64,000 nucleotides of DNA, from contig OZ059898.1 of the NCBI GenBank assembly GCA_964057225.1, positions 21,142,001-21,206,000 on the forward strand. The letters run 5' to 3'. This document shows, in pieces, positions 51,529 through 64,000 of this stretch (positions are counted from its first letter, which is position 1; every line of letters begins with the position of its first letter). Source of the stretch: Auanema rhodensis. Lineage: Eukaryota; Animalia; Nematoda. A program made the translations under genes and the position numbers. The notes under the pieces were generated by a model. That model saw nothing but the letters and a program-made list of their open reading frames with translations, made no database searches and was not told the origin of the DNA.

Positions 51529-54500
51529 ACTTGGTATGTAACTCGCTTCACGTGAAAGATAAAGAGATGCGGTTTTCAAAATTAGATTCCCCATGTCCAT
51601 ATTAGTCTAAAAACAAATTTTTATTGATATTGGTTTATGGTAACCATGACTTTGAAATTTACGTGAACTTTAATTTATGCTAATTAAATGTACACGTGAT
51701 GTGCACTTGGTATGTAACTCGCTTCACGTGAAAGATAAAGAGATGCGGTTTTCAAAATTAGATTCCCCATGTCCATATTAGTCTAAAAACAAATTTTTAT
51801 TGATATTGGTTCATGGTAACCATGACTTTGAAATTTACGTGAACTTTAATTTATGCTAATTAAATGTACACGTGATGTGCACTTGGTATGTAACTCGCTT
51901 CACGTAAAAGATAAAGAGATGCGGTTTTCAAAATTAGATTCCCCATGTCCATATTAGTCTAAAAACAAATTTTTATTGATATTGGTTCATGGTAACCATG
52001 ACTTTGAAATTTACGTGAACTTTAATTTATGCTAATTAAATGTACACGTGATGTGCACTTGGTATGTAACTCGCTTCACGTGAAAGATAAAGAGATGCGG
52101 TTTTCAAAATTAGATTCCCCATGTCCATATTAGTCTAAAAACAAATTTTTATTGATATTGGTGCATGGTAACCATGACTTTGAAATTTACGTGAACTTTA
52201 ATTTATGCTAATTAAATGTACACGTGATGTGCACTTGGTATGTAACTCGCTTCACGTGAAAGATAAAGAGATGCGGTTTTCAAAATTAGATTCCCCATGT
52301 CCATATTAGTCTAAAAACAAATTTTTATTGATATTGGTTCATGGTAACCATGACTTTGAAATTTACGTGAACTTTAATTTATGCTAATTAAATGTACACG
52401 TGATGTGCACTTGGTATGTAACTCGCTTCACGTGAAAGATAAAGAGATGCGGTTTTCAAAATTAGATTCCCCATGTCCATATTAGTCTAAAAACAAATTT
52501 TTATTGATATTGGTTCATGGTAACCATGACTTTGAAATTTACGTGAACTTTAATTTATGCTAATTAAATGTACACGTGATGTGCACTTGGTATGTAACTC
52601 GCTTCACGTGAAAGATAAAGAGATGCGGTTTTCAAAATTAGATTCCCCATGTCCATATTAGTCTAAAAACAAATTTTTATTGATATTGGTTCATGGGAAC
52701 CATGACTTTGAAATTTACGTGAACTTTAATTTATGCTAATTAAATGTACACGTGATGTGCACTTGGTATGTAACTCGCTTCACGTGAAAGATAAAGAGAT
52801 ACGGTTTTCAAAATTAGATTCCCCATGTCCATATTAGTCTAAAAACAAATTTTTATTGATATTGGTGCATGGTAACCATGACTTTGAAATTTACGTGAAC
52901 TTTAATTTATGCTAATTAAATGTACACGTGATGTGCACTTGGTATGTAACTCGCTTCACGTGAAAGATAAAGAGATGCGGTTTTCAAAATTAGATTCCCC
53001 ATGTCCATATTAGTCTAAAAACAAATTTTTATTGATATTGGTTCATGGTAACCATGACTTTGAAATTTACGTGAACTTTAATTTATGCTAATTAAATGTA
53101 CACGTGATGTGCACTTGGTATGTAACTCGCTTCACGTGAAAGATAAAGAGATGCGGTTTTCAAAATTAGATTCCCCATGTCCATATTAGTCTAAAAACAA
53201 ATTTTTATTGATATTGGTTCATGGTAACCATGACTTTGAAATTTACGTGAACTTTAATTAATGCTAATTAAATGTACACGTGATGTGCACTTGGTATGTA
53301 ACTCGCTTCACGTGAAAGATAAAGAGATGCGGTTTTCAAAATTAGATTCCCCATGTCCATCTTAGTCTAAAAACAAATTTTTATTGATATTGCTTCATGG
53401 TAACCATGACTTTGAAATTTACGTGAACTTTAATTTATGCTAATTAAATGTACACGTGATGTGCACTTGGTATGTAACTCGCTTCACGTGAAAGATAAAG
53501 AGATGCGGTTTTCAAAATTAGATTCCCCATGTCCATATTAGTCTAAAAACAGATTTTTATTGATATTGGTGCATGGTAACCATGACTTTGAAATTTACGT
53601 GAACTTTAATTTATGCTAATTAAATGTACACGTGATGTGCACTTGGTATGTAACTCGCTTCACGTGAAAGATAAAGAGATGCGGTTTTCAAAATTAGATT
53701 CCCCATGTCCATATTAGTCTAAAAACAAATTTTTATTGATATTGGTTCATGGTAACCATGACTTTGAAATTTACGTGAACTTTAATTTATGCTAATTAAA
53801 TGTACACGTGATGAGCACTTGGTATGTAACTCGCTTCACGTGAAAGATAAAGAGATGCGGTTTTCAAAATTAGATTCCCCATGTCCATATTAGTCTAAAA
53901 ACAAATTTTTATTGATATTGGTTCATGGTAACCATGACTTTGAAATTTACGTGAACTTTAATTAATGCTAATTAAATGTACACGTGATGTGCACTTGGTA
54001 TGTAACTCGCTTCACGTGAAAGATAAAGAGATGCGGTTTTCAAAATTAGATTCCCCATGTCCATATTAGTCTAAAAACAAATTTTTATTGATATTGCTTC
54101 ATGGTAACCATGACTTTGAAATTTACGTGAACTTTAATTTATGCTAATTAAATGTACACGTGATGTGCACTTGGTATGTAACTCGCTTCACGTGAAAGAT
54201 AAAGAGATGCGGTTTTCAAAATTAGATTCCCCATATCCATATTAGTCTAAAAACAAATTTTTATTGATATTGCTTCATGGTAACCATGACTTTGAAATTT
54301 ACGTGAACTTTAATTTATGCTAATTAAATGTACACTTGATGTGCACTTGGTATGTAACTCGCTTCACGTGAAAGATAAAGAGATGCGGTTTCCAAAATTA
54401 GATTCCCCATGTCCATATTAGTCTAAAAACAAATTTTTATTGATATTGGTGCATGGTAACCATGACTTTGAAATTTACGTGAACTTTAATTTATGCTAAT

Positions 54501-55584
54501 TAAATGTACACGTGATGTGCACTTGGTATGTAACTCGCTTCACGTGAAAGATAAAGAGATGCGGTTTTCAAAATTAGATTCCCCATGTCCATATTAGTCT
54601 AAAAACAAATTTTTATTGATATTGGTTCATGGTAACCATGACTTTGAAATTTACGTGAACTTTAATTTATGCTAATTAAATGTACACGTGATGTGCACTT
54701 GGTATGTAACTCGCTTCACGTGAAAGATAAAGAGATGCGGTTTTCAAAATTAGATTCCCCATGTCCATATTAGTCTAAAAACAAATTTTTATTGATATTG
54801 GTTCATGGTAACCATGACTTTGAAATTTACGTGAACTTTAATTAATGCTAATTAAATGTACACGTGATGTGCACTTGGTATGTAACTCGCTTCACGTGAA
54901 AGATAAAGAGATGCGGTTTTCAAAATTAGATTCCCCATGTCCATATTAGTCTAAAAACAAATTTTTATTGATATTGCTTCATGGTAACCATGACTTTGAA
55001 ATTTACGTGAACTTTAATTTATGCTAATTAAATGTACACGTGATGTGCACTTGGTATGTAACTCGCTTCACGTGAAAGATAAAGAGATGCGGTTTTCAAA
55101 ATTAGATTCCCCATGTCCATATTAGTCTAAAAACAAATTTTTATTGATATTGGTTCATGGTAACCATGACTTTGAAATTTACGTGAACTTTAATTTATGC
55201 TAATTAAATGTACACGTGATGAGCACTTGGTATGTAACTCGCTTCACGTGAAAGATAAAGAGATGCGGTTTTCAAAATTAGATTCCCCATGTCCATATTA
55301 GTCTAAAAACAAATTTTTATTGATATTGGTTCATGGTAACCATGACTTTGAAATTTACGTGAACTTTAATTAATGCTAATTAAATGTACACGTGATGTGC
55401 ACTTGGTATGTAACTCGCTTCACGTGAAAGATAAAGAGATGCGGTTTTAAAAATTAGATTCCCCATGTCCATATTAGTCTAAAAACAAATTTTTATTGAT
55501 ATTGCTTCATGGTAACCATGACTTTGAAATTTACGTGAACTTTAATTTATGCTAATTAAATGTACACGTGATGTGCACTTGGTA

Positions 55585-58500
55585 TGTAACTCGCTTCACG
55601 TGAAAGATAAAGAGATGCGGTTTTCAAAATTAGATTCCCCATGTCCATATTAGTCTAAAAACAAATTTTTATTGATATTGCTTCATGGTAACCATGACTT
55701 TGAAATTTACGTGAACTTTAATTTATGCTAATTAAATGTACACGTGATGTGCACTTGGTATGTAACTCGCTTCACGTGAAAGATAAAGAGATGCGGTTTT
55801 CAAAATTAGATTCCCCATGTCCATATTAGTCTAAAAACAAATTTTTATTGATATTGGTTCATGGTAACCATGACTTTGAATTTTACGTGAACTTTAATTT
55901 ATGCTAATTAAATGTACACGTGATGTGCACTTGGTATGTAACTCGCTTCACGTGAAAGATAAAGAAATGCGGTTTTCAAAATTAGATTCCCCATGTCCAT
56001 ATTAGTCTAAAAACAAATTTTTATTGATATTGGTTCATGGTAACCATGACTTTGAAATTTACGTGAACTTTAATTTATGCTAATTAAATGTACACGTGAT
56101 GTGCACTTGGTATGTAACTCGCTTCACGTGAAAGATAAAGAGATGCGGTTTTCAAAATTAGATTCCCCATGTCCATATTAGTCTAAAAACAAATTTTTAT
56201 TGATATTGGTTCATGGTAACCATGACTTTGAAATTTACGTGAACTTTAATTTATGCTAATTAAATGTACACGTGATGTGCACTTGGTATGTAACTCGTTT
56301 CACGTGAAAGATAAAGAGATGCGGTTTTCAAAATTAGATTCCCCATGTCCATATTAGTCTAAAAACAAATTTTTATTGATATTGGTGCATGGTAACCATG
56401 ACTTTGAAATTTACGTGAACTTTAATTTATGCTAATTAAATGTACACGTGATGTGCACTTGGTATGTAACTCGCTTCACGTGAAAGATGAAGAGATGCGG
56501 TTTTCAAAATTAGATTCCCCATGTCCATATTAGTCTAAAAACAAATTTTTATTGATATTGGTTCATGGTAACCATGACTTTGAAATTTACGTGAACTTTA
56601 ATTTATGCTAATTAAATGTACACGTGATGTGCACTTGGTATATAACTCGCTTCACGTGAAAGATAAAGGGATGCGGTTTTCAAAATTAGATTCCCCATGT
56701 CCATATTAGTCTAAAAACAAATTTTTATTGATATTGGTTCATGGTAACCATGACTTTGAAATTTACGTGAACTTTAATTTATGCTAATTAAATGTACACG
56801 TGATGTGCACTTGGTATGTAACTCGCTTCACGTGAAAGATAAAGAGATGCGGTTTTCAAAATTAGATTCCCCATGTCCATATTAGTCTAAAAACAAATTT
56901 TTATTGATATTGCTTCATGGTAACCATGACTTTGAAATTTACGTGAACTTTAATTTATGCTAATTAAATGTACACGTGATGTGCACTTGGTATGTAACTC
57001 GCTTCACGTGAAAGATAAAGAGATGCGGTTTTCAAAATTAGATTCCCCATGTCCATATTAGTCTAAAAACAAATTTTTATTGATATTGGTTCATGGTAAC
57101 CATGACTTTGAAATTTACGTGAACTTTAATTTATGCTAATTAAATGTACACGTGATGTGCACTTGGTATGTAACTCGCTTCACGTGAAAGATAAAGAAAT
57201 GCGGTTTTCAAAATTAGATTCCCCATGTCCATATTAGTCTAAAAACAAATTTTTATTGATATTGGTTCATGGTAACCATGACTTTGAAATTTACGTGAAC
57301 TTTAATTTATGCTAATTAAATGTACACGTGATGTGCACTTGGTATGTAACTCGTTTCACGTGAAAGATAAAGAGATGCGGTTTTCAAAATTAGATTCCCC
57401 ATGTCCATATTAGTCTAAAAACAAATTTTTATTGATATTGGTGCATGGTAACCATGACTTTGAAATTTACGTGAACTTTAATTTATGCTAATTAAATGTA
57501 CACGTGATGTGCACTTGGTATGTAACTCGCTTCACGTGAAAGATGAAGAGATGCGGTTTTCAAAATTAGATTCCCCATGTCCATATTAGTCTAAAAACAA
57601 ATTTTTATTGATATTGGTTCATGGTAACCATGACTTTGAAATTTACGTGAACTTTAATTTATGCTAATTAAATGTACACGTGATGTGCACTTGGTATATA
57701 ACTCGCTTCACGTGAAAGATAAAGGGATGCGGTTTTCAAAATTAGATTCCCCATGTCCATATTAGTCTAAAAACAAATTTTTATTGATATTGGTTCATGG
57801 TAACCATGACTTTGAAATTTACGTGAACTTTAATTTATGCTAATTAAATGTACACGTGATGTGCACTTGGTATGTAACTCGCTTCACGTGAAAGATAAAG
57901 AGATGCGGTTTTCAAAATTAGATTCCCCATGTCCATATTAGTCTAAAAACAAATTTTTATTGATATTGCTTCATGGTAACCATGACTTTGAAATTTACGT
58001 GAACTTTAATTTATGCTAATTAAATGTACACGTGATGTGCACTTGGTATGTAACTCGCTTCACGTGAAAGATAAAGAGATGCGGTTTTCAAAATTAGATT
58101 CCCCATGTCCATATTAGTCTAAAAACAAATTTTTATTGATATTGGTTCATGGTAACCATGACTTTGAATTTTACGTGAACTTTAATTTATGCTAATTAAA
58201 TGTACACGTGATGTGCACTTGGTATGTAACTCGCTTCACGTGAAAGATAAAGAAATGCGGTTTTCAAAATTAGATTCCCCATGTCCATATTAGTCTAAAA
58301 ACAAATTTTTATTGATATTGGTTCATGGTAACCATGACTTTGAAATTTACGTGAACTTTAATTTATGCTAATTAAATGTACACGTGATGTGCACTTGGTA
58401 TGTAACTCGCTTCACGTGAAAGATAAAGAGATGCGGTTTTCAAAATTAGATTCCCCATGTCCATATTAGTCTAAAAACAAATTTTTATTGATATTGGTTC

Positions 58501-58928
58501 ATGGTAACCATGACTTTGAAATTTACGTGAACTTTAATTTATGCTAATTAAATGTACACGTGATGTGCACTTGGTATGTAACTCGCTTCACGTGAAAGAT
58601 AAAGAGATGCGGTTTTCAAAATTAGATTCCCCATGTCCATATTAGTCTAAAAACAAATTTTTATTGATATTGGTGCATGGTAACCATGACTTTGAAATTT
58701 ACGTGAACTTTAATTTATGCTAATTAAATGTACACGTGATGTGCACTTGGTATGTAACTCGCTTCACGTGAAAGATGAAGAGATGCGGTTTTCAAAATTA
58801 GATTCCCCATGTCCATATTAGTCTAAAAACAAATTTTTATTGATATTGGTTCATGGTAACCATGACTTTGAAATTTACGTGAACTTTAATTTATGCTAAT
58901 TAAATGTACACGTGATGTGCACTTGGTA
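55585..58928. repeat. Three related 6-7-monomer units
   Basis: G30A at 55966, 57198, 58254; A25G at 56489, 57545, 58777; G2A+A29G at 56642/57698; C10T at 56298/57354. Confidence 0.82.
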
Positions 58929-59104
58929 TGTAACTCGCTTCACGTGAAAGATAAAGAGATGCGGTTTTCAAAATTAGATTCCCCATGTCCATATTAGTCT
59001 AAAAACAAATTTTTATTGATATTGGTTCATGGTAACCATGACTTTGAAATTTACGTGAACTTTAATTTATGCTAATTAAATGTACACGTGATGTGCACTT
59101 GGTA

Positions 59105-61040
59105 TGTAACTCGCTTCACGTGAAAGATAAAGAGATGCGGTTTTCAAAATTAGATTCCTCATGTCCATATTAGTCTAAAAACAAATTTATATTGATATTG
59201 GTGCATGGTAACCATGACTTTGAAATTTACGTGAACTTTAATTTATGCTAATTAAATGTACACGTGATGTGCACTTGGTATGTAACTCGCTTCACGTGAA
59301 AGATAAAGAGATGCGGTTTTCAAAATGAGATTCCCCATGTCCATATTAGTCTAAAAACAAATGTTTATTGATATTGGTGCATGGTAACCATGACTTTGAA
59401 ATTTACGTGAACTTTAATTTATGCTAATTAAATGTACACGTGATGTGCACTTGGTATGTAACTCGCTTCACGTGAAAGATAAAGAGATGCGGTTTTCAAA
59501 ATTAGATTCCTCATGTCCATATTAGTCTAAAAACAAATTTTTATTGATATTGGTGCATGGTAACCATGACTTTGAAATTTACGTGAACTTTAATTTATGC
59601 TAATTAAATGTACACGTGATGTGCACTTGGTATGTAACTCGCTTCACGTGAAAGATAAAGAGATGCGGTTTTCAAAATGAGATTCCCCATGTCCATATTA
59701 GTCTAAAAACAAATGTTTATTGATATTGGTGCATGGTAACCATGACTTTGAAATTTACGTGAACTTTAATTTATGCTAATTAAATGTACACGTGATGTGC
59801 ACTTGGTATGTAACTCGCTTCACGTGAAAGATAAAGAGATGCGGTTTTCAAAATTAGATTCCTCATGTCCATATTAGTCTAAAAACAAATTTTTATTGAT
59901 ATTGGTGCATGGTAACCATGACTTTGAAATTTACGTGAACTTTAATTTATGCTAATTAAATGTACACGTGATGTGCACTTGGTATGTAACTCGCTTCACG
60001 TGAAAGATGAAGAGATGCGGTTTTCAAAATTAGATTCCTCATGTCCATATTAGTCTAAAAACAAATTTTTATTGATATTGGTGCATGGTAACCATGACTT
60101 TGAAATTTACGTGAACTTTAATTTATGCTAATTAAATGTACACGTGATGTGCACTTGGTATGTAACTCGCTTCACGTGAAAGATAAAGAGATGCGGTTTT
60201 CAAAATGAGATTCCCCATGTCCATATTAGTCTAAAAACAAATGTTTATTGATATTGGTGCATGGTAACCATGACTTTGAAATTTACGTGAACTTTAATTT
60301 ATGCTAATTAAATGTACACGTGATGTGCACTTGGTATGTAACTCGCTTCACGTGAAAGATAAAGAGATGCGGTTTTCAAAATTAGATTCCTCATGTCCAT
60401 ATTAGTCTAAAAACAAATTTTTATTGATATTGGTGCATGGTAACCATGACTTTGAAATTTACGTGAACTTTAATTTATGCTAATTAAATGTACACGTGAT
60501 GTGCACTTGGTATGTAACTCGCTTCACGTGAAAGATAAAGAGATGCGGTTTTCAAAATGAGATTCCCCATGTCCATATTAGTCTAAAAACAAATGTTTAT
60601 TGATATTGGTGCATGGTAACCATGACTTTGAAATTTACGTGAACTTTAATTTATGCTAATTAAATGTACACGTGATGTGCACTTGGTATGTAACTCGCTT
60701 CACGTGAAAGATAAAGAGATGCGGTTTTCAAAATTAGATTCCTCATGTCCATATTAGTCTAAAAACAAATTTTTATTGATATTGGTGCATGGTAACCATG
60801 ACTTTGAAATTTACGTGAACTTTAATTTATGCTAATTAAATGTACACGTGATGTGCACTTGGTATGTAACTCGCTTCACGTGAAAGATAAAGAGATGTGG
60901 TTTTCAAAATTAGATTCCTCATGTCCATATTAGTCTAAAAACAAATTTTTATTGATATTGGTGCATGGTAACCATGACTTTGAAATTTACGTGAACTTTA
61001 ATTTATGCTAATTAAATGTACACGTGATGTGCACTTGGTA
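59105..61040. repeat. Dimeric higher-order repeat, all units with G99
   Basis: C55T monomers alternate with T47G+T83G monomers (59281, 59633, 60161, 60513). Confidence 0.9.
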
Positions 61041-61743
61041 TGTAACTCGCTTCACGTGAAAGATAAAGAGATGCGGTTTTCAAAATTAGATTCCCCATGT
61101 CCATATTAGTCTAAAAACAAATTTTTATTGATATTGGTTCATGGTAACCATGACTTTGAAATTTACGTGAACTTTAATTTATGCTAATTAAATGTATACG
61201 TGATGTGCACTTGGTATGTAACTCGCTTCACGTGAAAGATAAAGAGATGCGGTTTTCAAAATTAGATTCCCCATGTCCATATTAGTCTAAAAACAAATTT
61301 TTATTGATATTGGTGCATGGTAACCATGACTTTGAAATTTACGTGAACTTTAATTTATGCTAATTAAATGTACACGTGATGTGCACTTGGTATGTAACTC
61401 GCTTCACGTGAAAGATAAAGAGATGCGGTTTTCAAAATTAGATTCCCCATGTCCATATTAGTCTAAAAACAAATTTTTATTGATATTGGTTCATGGTAAC
61501 CATGACTTTGAAATTTACGTGAACTTAATTTATGCTAATTAAATGTACACGTGATGTGCACTTGGTATGTTACTCGCTTCACGTGAAAGATAAAGAGATG
61601 CGGTTTTCAAAATTAGATTCCCCATGTCCATATTAGTCTAAAAACAAATTTTTATTAATATTGGTGCATGGTAACCATGACTTTGAAATTTACGTGAACT
61701 TTAATTTATGCTAATTAAATGTACACGTGATGTGCACTTGGTA

Positions 61744-64000
61744 TGTAACTCGCTTCACGTGAAAGATAAAGAGATGCGGTTTTCAAAATTAGATTCCCCA
61801 TGTCCATATTAGTCTAAAAACAAATTTTTATTGATATTGGTGCATGGTAACCATGACTTTGAAATTTACGTGAACTTTAATTTATGCTAATTAAATGTAC
61901 ACGTGATGTGCACTTGGTGTGTAACTCGCTTCACGTGAAAGATAAAGAGATGCGGTTTTCAAAATTAGATTCCCCATGTCCATATTAGTCTAAAAACAAA
62001 TTTTTATTGATATTGGTGCATGGTAACCATGACTTTGAAATTTACGTGAACTTTAATTTATGCTAATTAAATTTACACGTGATGTGCACTTGGTATGTAA
62101 CTCGCTTCACGTGAAAGATAAAGAGATGCGGTTTTCAAAATTAGATTCCTCATGTCCATATTAGTCTAAAAACAAATTTTTATTGATATTGGTTTATGGT
62201 AACCATGACTTTGAAATTTACGTGAACTTTAATTTATGCTAATTAAATGTACACGTGATGTGCACTTGGTATGTAACTCGCTTCACGTGAAAGATAAAGA
62301 GATGCGGTTTTCAAAATTAGATTCCCCATGTCCATATTAGTCTAAAAACAAATTTTTATTGATATTGGTTCATGGTAACCATGACTTTGAAATTTACGTG
62401 AACTTTAATTTATGCTAATTAAATGTACACGTGATGTGCACTTGGTATGTAACTCGCTTCACGTGAAAGATAAAGAGATGCGGTTTTCAAAATTAGATTC
62501 CCCATGTCCATATTAGTCTAAAAACAAATTTTTATTGATATTGGTGCATGGTAACCATGACTTTGAAATCTACGTGAACTTTAATTTATGCTAATTAAAT
62601 GTACACGTGATGTGCACTTGGTATGTAACTCGCTTCACGTGAAAGATAAAGAGATGCGGTTTTCAAAATTAGATTCCCCATGTCCATATTAGTCTAAAAA
62701 CAAATTTTTATTGATATTGGTGCATGGTAACCATGACTTTGAAATTTACGTGAACTTTAATTTATGCTAATTAAATGTACACGTGATGTGCACTTGGTAT
62801 GCAACTTGCTTCACGTGAAAGATAAAGAGATGCGGTTTTCAAAATTAGATTCCCCATGTCCATATTAGTCTAAAAACAAATTTTTATTGATATTGGTTCA
62901 TGGTAACCATGACTTTGAAATTTACGTGAACTTTAATTTATGCTAATTAAATGTACACGTGATGTGCACTTGGTATGTAACTCGCTTCACGTGAAAGATA
63001 AAGAGATGCGGTTTTCAAAATTAGATTCCCCATGTCCATATTAGTCTAAAAACAAATTTTTATTGATATTGGTTCATGGTAACCATGACTTTGAAATTTA
63101 CGTGAACTTTAATTTATGCTAATTAAATGTACACGTGATGTGCACTTGGTATGTAACTCGCTTCACGTGAAAGATAAAGAGATGCGGTTTTCAAAATTAG
63201 ATTCCCCATGTCCATATTAGTCTAAAAACAAATTTTTATTGATATTGGTGCATGGTAACCATGACTTTGAAATTTACGTGAACTTTAATTTATGCTAATT
63301 AAATGTACACGTGATGTGCACTTGGTGTGTAACTCGCTTCACGTGAAAGATAAAGAGATGCGGTTTTCAAAATTAGATTCCCCATGTCCATATTAGTCTA
63401 AAAACAAATTTTTATTGATATTGGTGCATGGTAACCATGACTTTGAAATTTACGTGAACTTTAATTTATGCTAATTAAATTTACACGTGATGTGCACTTG
63501 GTATGTAACTCGCTTCACGTGAAAGATAAAGAGATGCGGTTTTCAAAATTAGATTCCTCATGTCCATATTAGTCTAAAAACAAATTTTTATTGATATTGG
63601 TTTATGGTAACCATGACTTTGAAATTTACGTGAACTTTAATTTATGCTAATTAAATGTACACGTGATGTGCACTTGGTATGTAACTCGCTTCACGTGAAA
63701 GATAAAGAGATGCGGTTTTCAAAATTAGATTCCCCATGTCCATATTAGTCTAAAAACAAATTTTTATTGATATTGGTTCATGGTAACCATGACTTTGAAA
63801 TTTACGTGAACTTTAAATTATGCTAATTAAATGTACACGTGATGTGCACTTGGTATGTAACTCGCTTCACGTGAAAGATAAAGAGATGCGGTTTTCAAAA
63901 TTAGATTCCCCATGTCCATATTAGTCTAAAAACAAATTTTTATTGATATTGGTGCATGGTAACCATGACTTTGAAATCTACGTGAACTTTAATTTATGCT
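61744..64000. repeat. 8-monomer (1408-bp) tandem duplication, second copy cut by the window end
   Basis: A176G 61919/63327, G154T 62073/63481, C55T 62150/63558, T123C 62570/63978. Confidence 0.9.

Larger units (their letters stand above)
26392..55408. repeat. Macro-repeat: ~26392-38700 duplicated at ~42746-55408 (offset 16.0-17.4 kb)
   Basis: Colinear rare variants: T52C 27321/43675, A42G+C100T 33641/49642, T105G 35288/52697, T166A 36405/53814, G59A+G97C 36826/54235. Confidence 0.82.
1..64000. repeat. Tandem satellite DNA array, 176-bp monomer, ~363.8 copies, single orientation, open at both window edges (centromeric-type satellite by inference)
   Basis: TGTAACTCGC recurs at 1, 177, 353, 529 and so on; the last unit starts at 63856 = 1 + 363x176 - 33, matching the 33 one-base deletions counted. 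No non-satellite sequence seen. Confidence 0.99.

Noticed and set aside
1-64000. CRISPR array or other repeat-spacer system
   Set aside because: There are no unique spacers; the entire 176 bp is repeated, and no cas or other genes are present.
1-64000. Hidden transposon insertion, inversion or unique island
   Set aside because: None seen; the monomer phase from 1 to 63856 is fully explained by 33 one-base deletions.
1-64000. Sequencing concatemer or collapsed-assembly artefact
   Set aside because: Variants are linked, ordered and nested rather than random, as expected of a real evolving array; exact copy numbers still need spanning reads.

Overview
The whole 64-kb window is one uninterrupted head-to-tail array of a 176-bp AT-rich (~32% GC) satellite monomer: 363 complete units plus a 145-bp partial unit starting at 63856, all in one orientation. 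Consensus in the phase of window position 1: TGTAACTCGCTTCACGTGAAAGATAAAGAGATGCGGTTTTCAAAATTAGATTCCCCATGTCCATATTAGTCTAAAAACAAATTTTTATTGATATTGGT(G/T)CATGGTAACCATGACTTTGAAATTTACGTGAACTTTAATTTATGCTAATTAAATGTACACGTGATGTGCACTTGGTA. Units differ from consensus by about 0-4 changes. I count 33 single-base deletions, which exactly account for the phase drift across the window, so no foreign insertion is apparent. I find no genes, RNA genes, CRISPR array or transposon; the three 60-aa ORFs come from one stop-removing SNP. Unit size and homogeneity suggest a eukaryotic (peri)centromeric satellite (inference); I cannot name the family or organism. Points of interest: (i) the monomer looks like a degenerate palindrome with two dyad axes 88 bp apart; (ii) it carries several short dyads and three ACGTGA cores 32-33 bp apart; (iii) shared SNPs reveal nested duplications of 2-9 monomers, a ~5-kb duplication, a ~16-17-kb macro-repeat and a flank-core-flank layering of haplotypes. 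Variant names such as G97C give monomer positions. All counts were made by eye.
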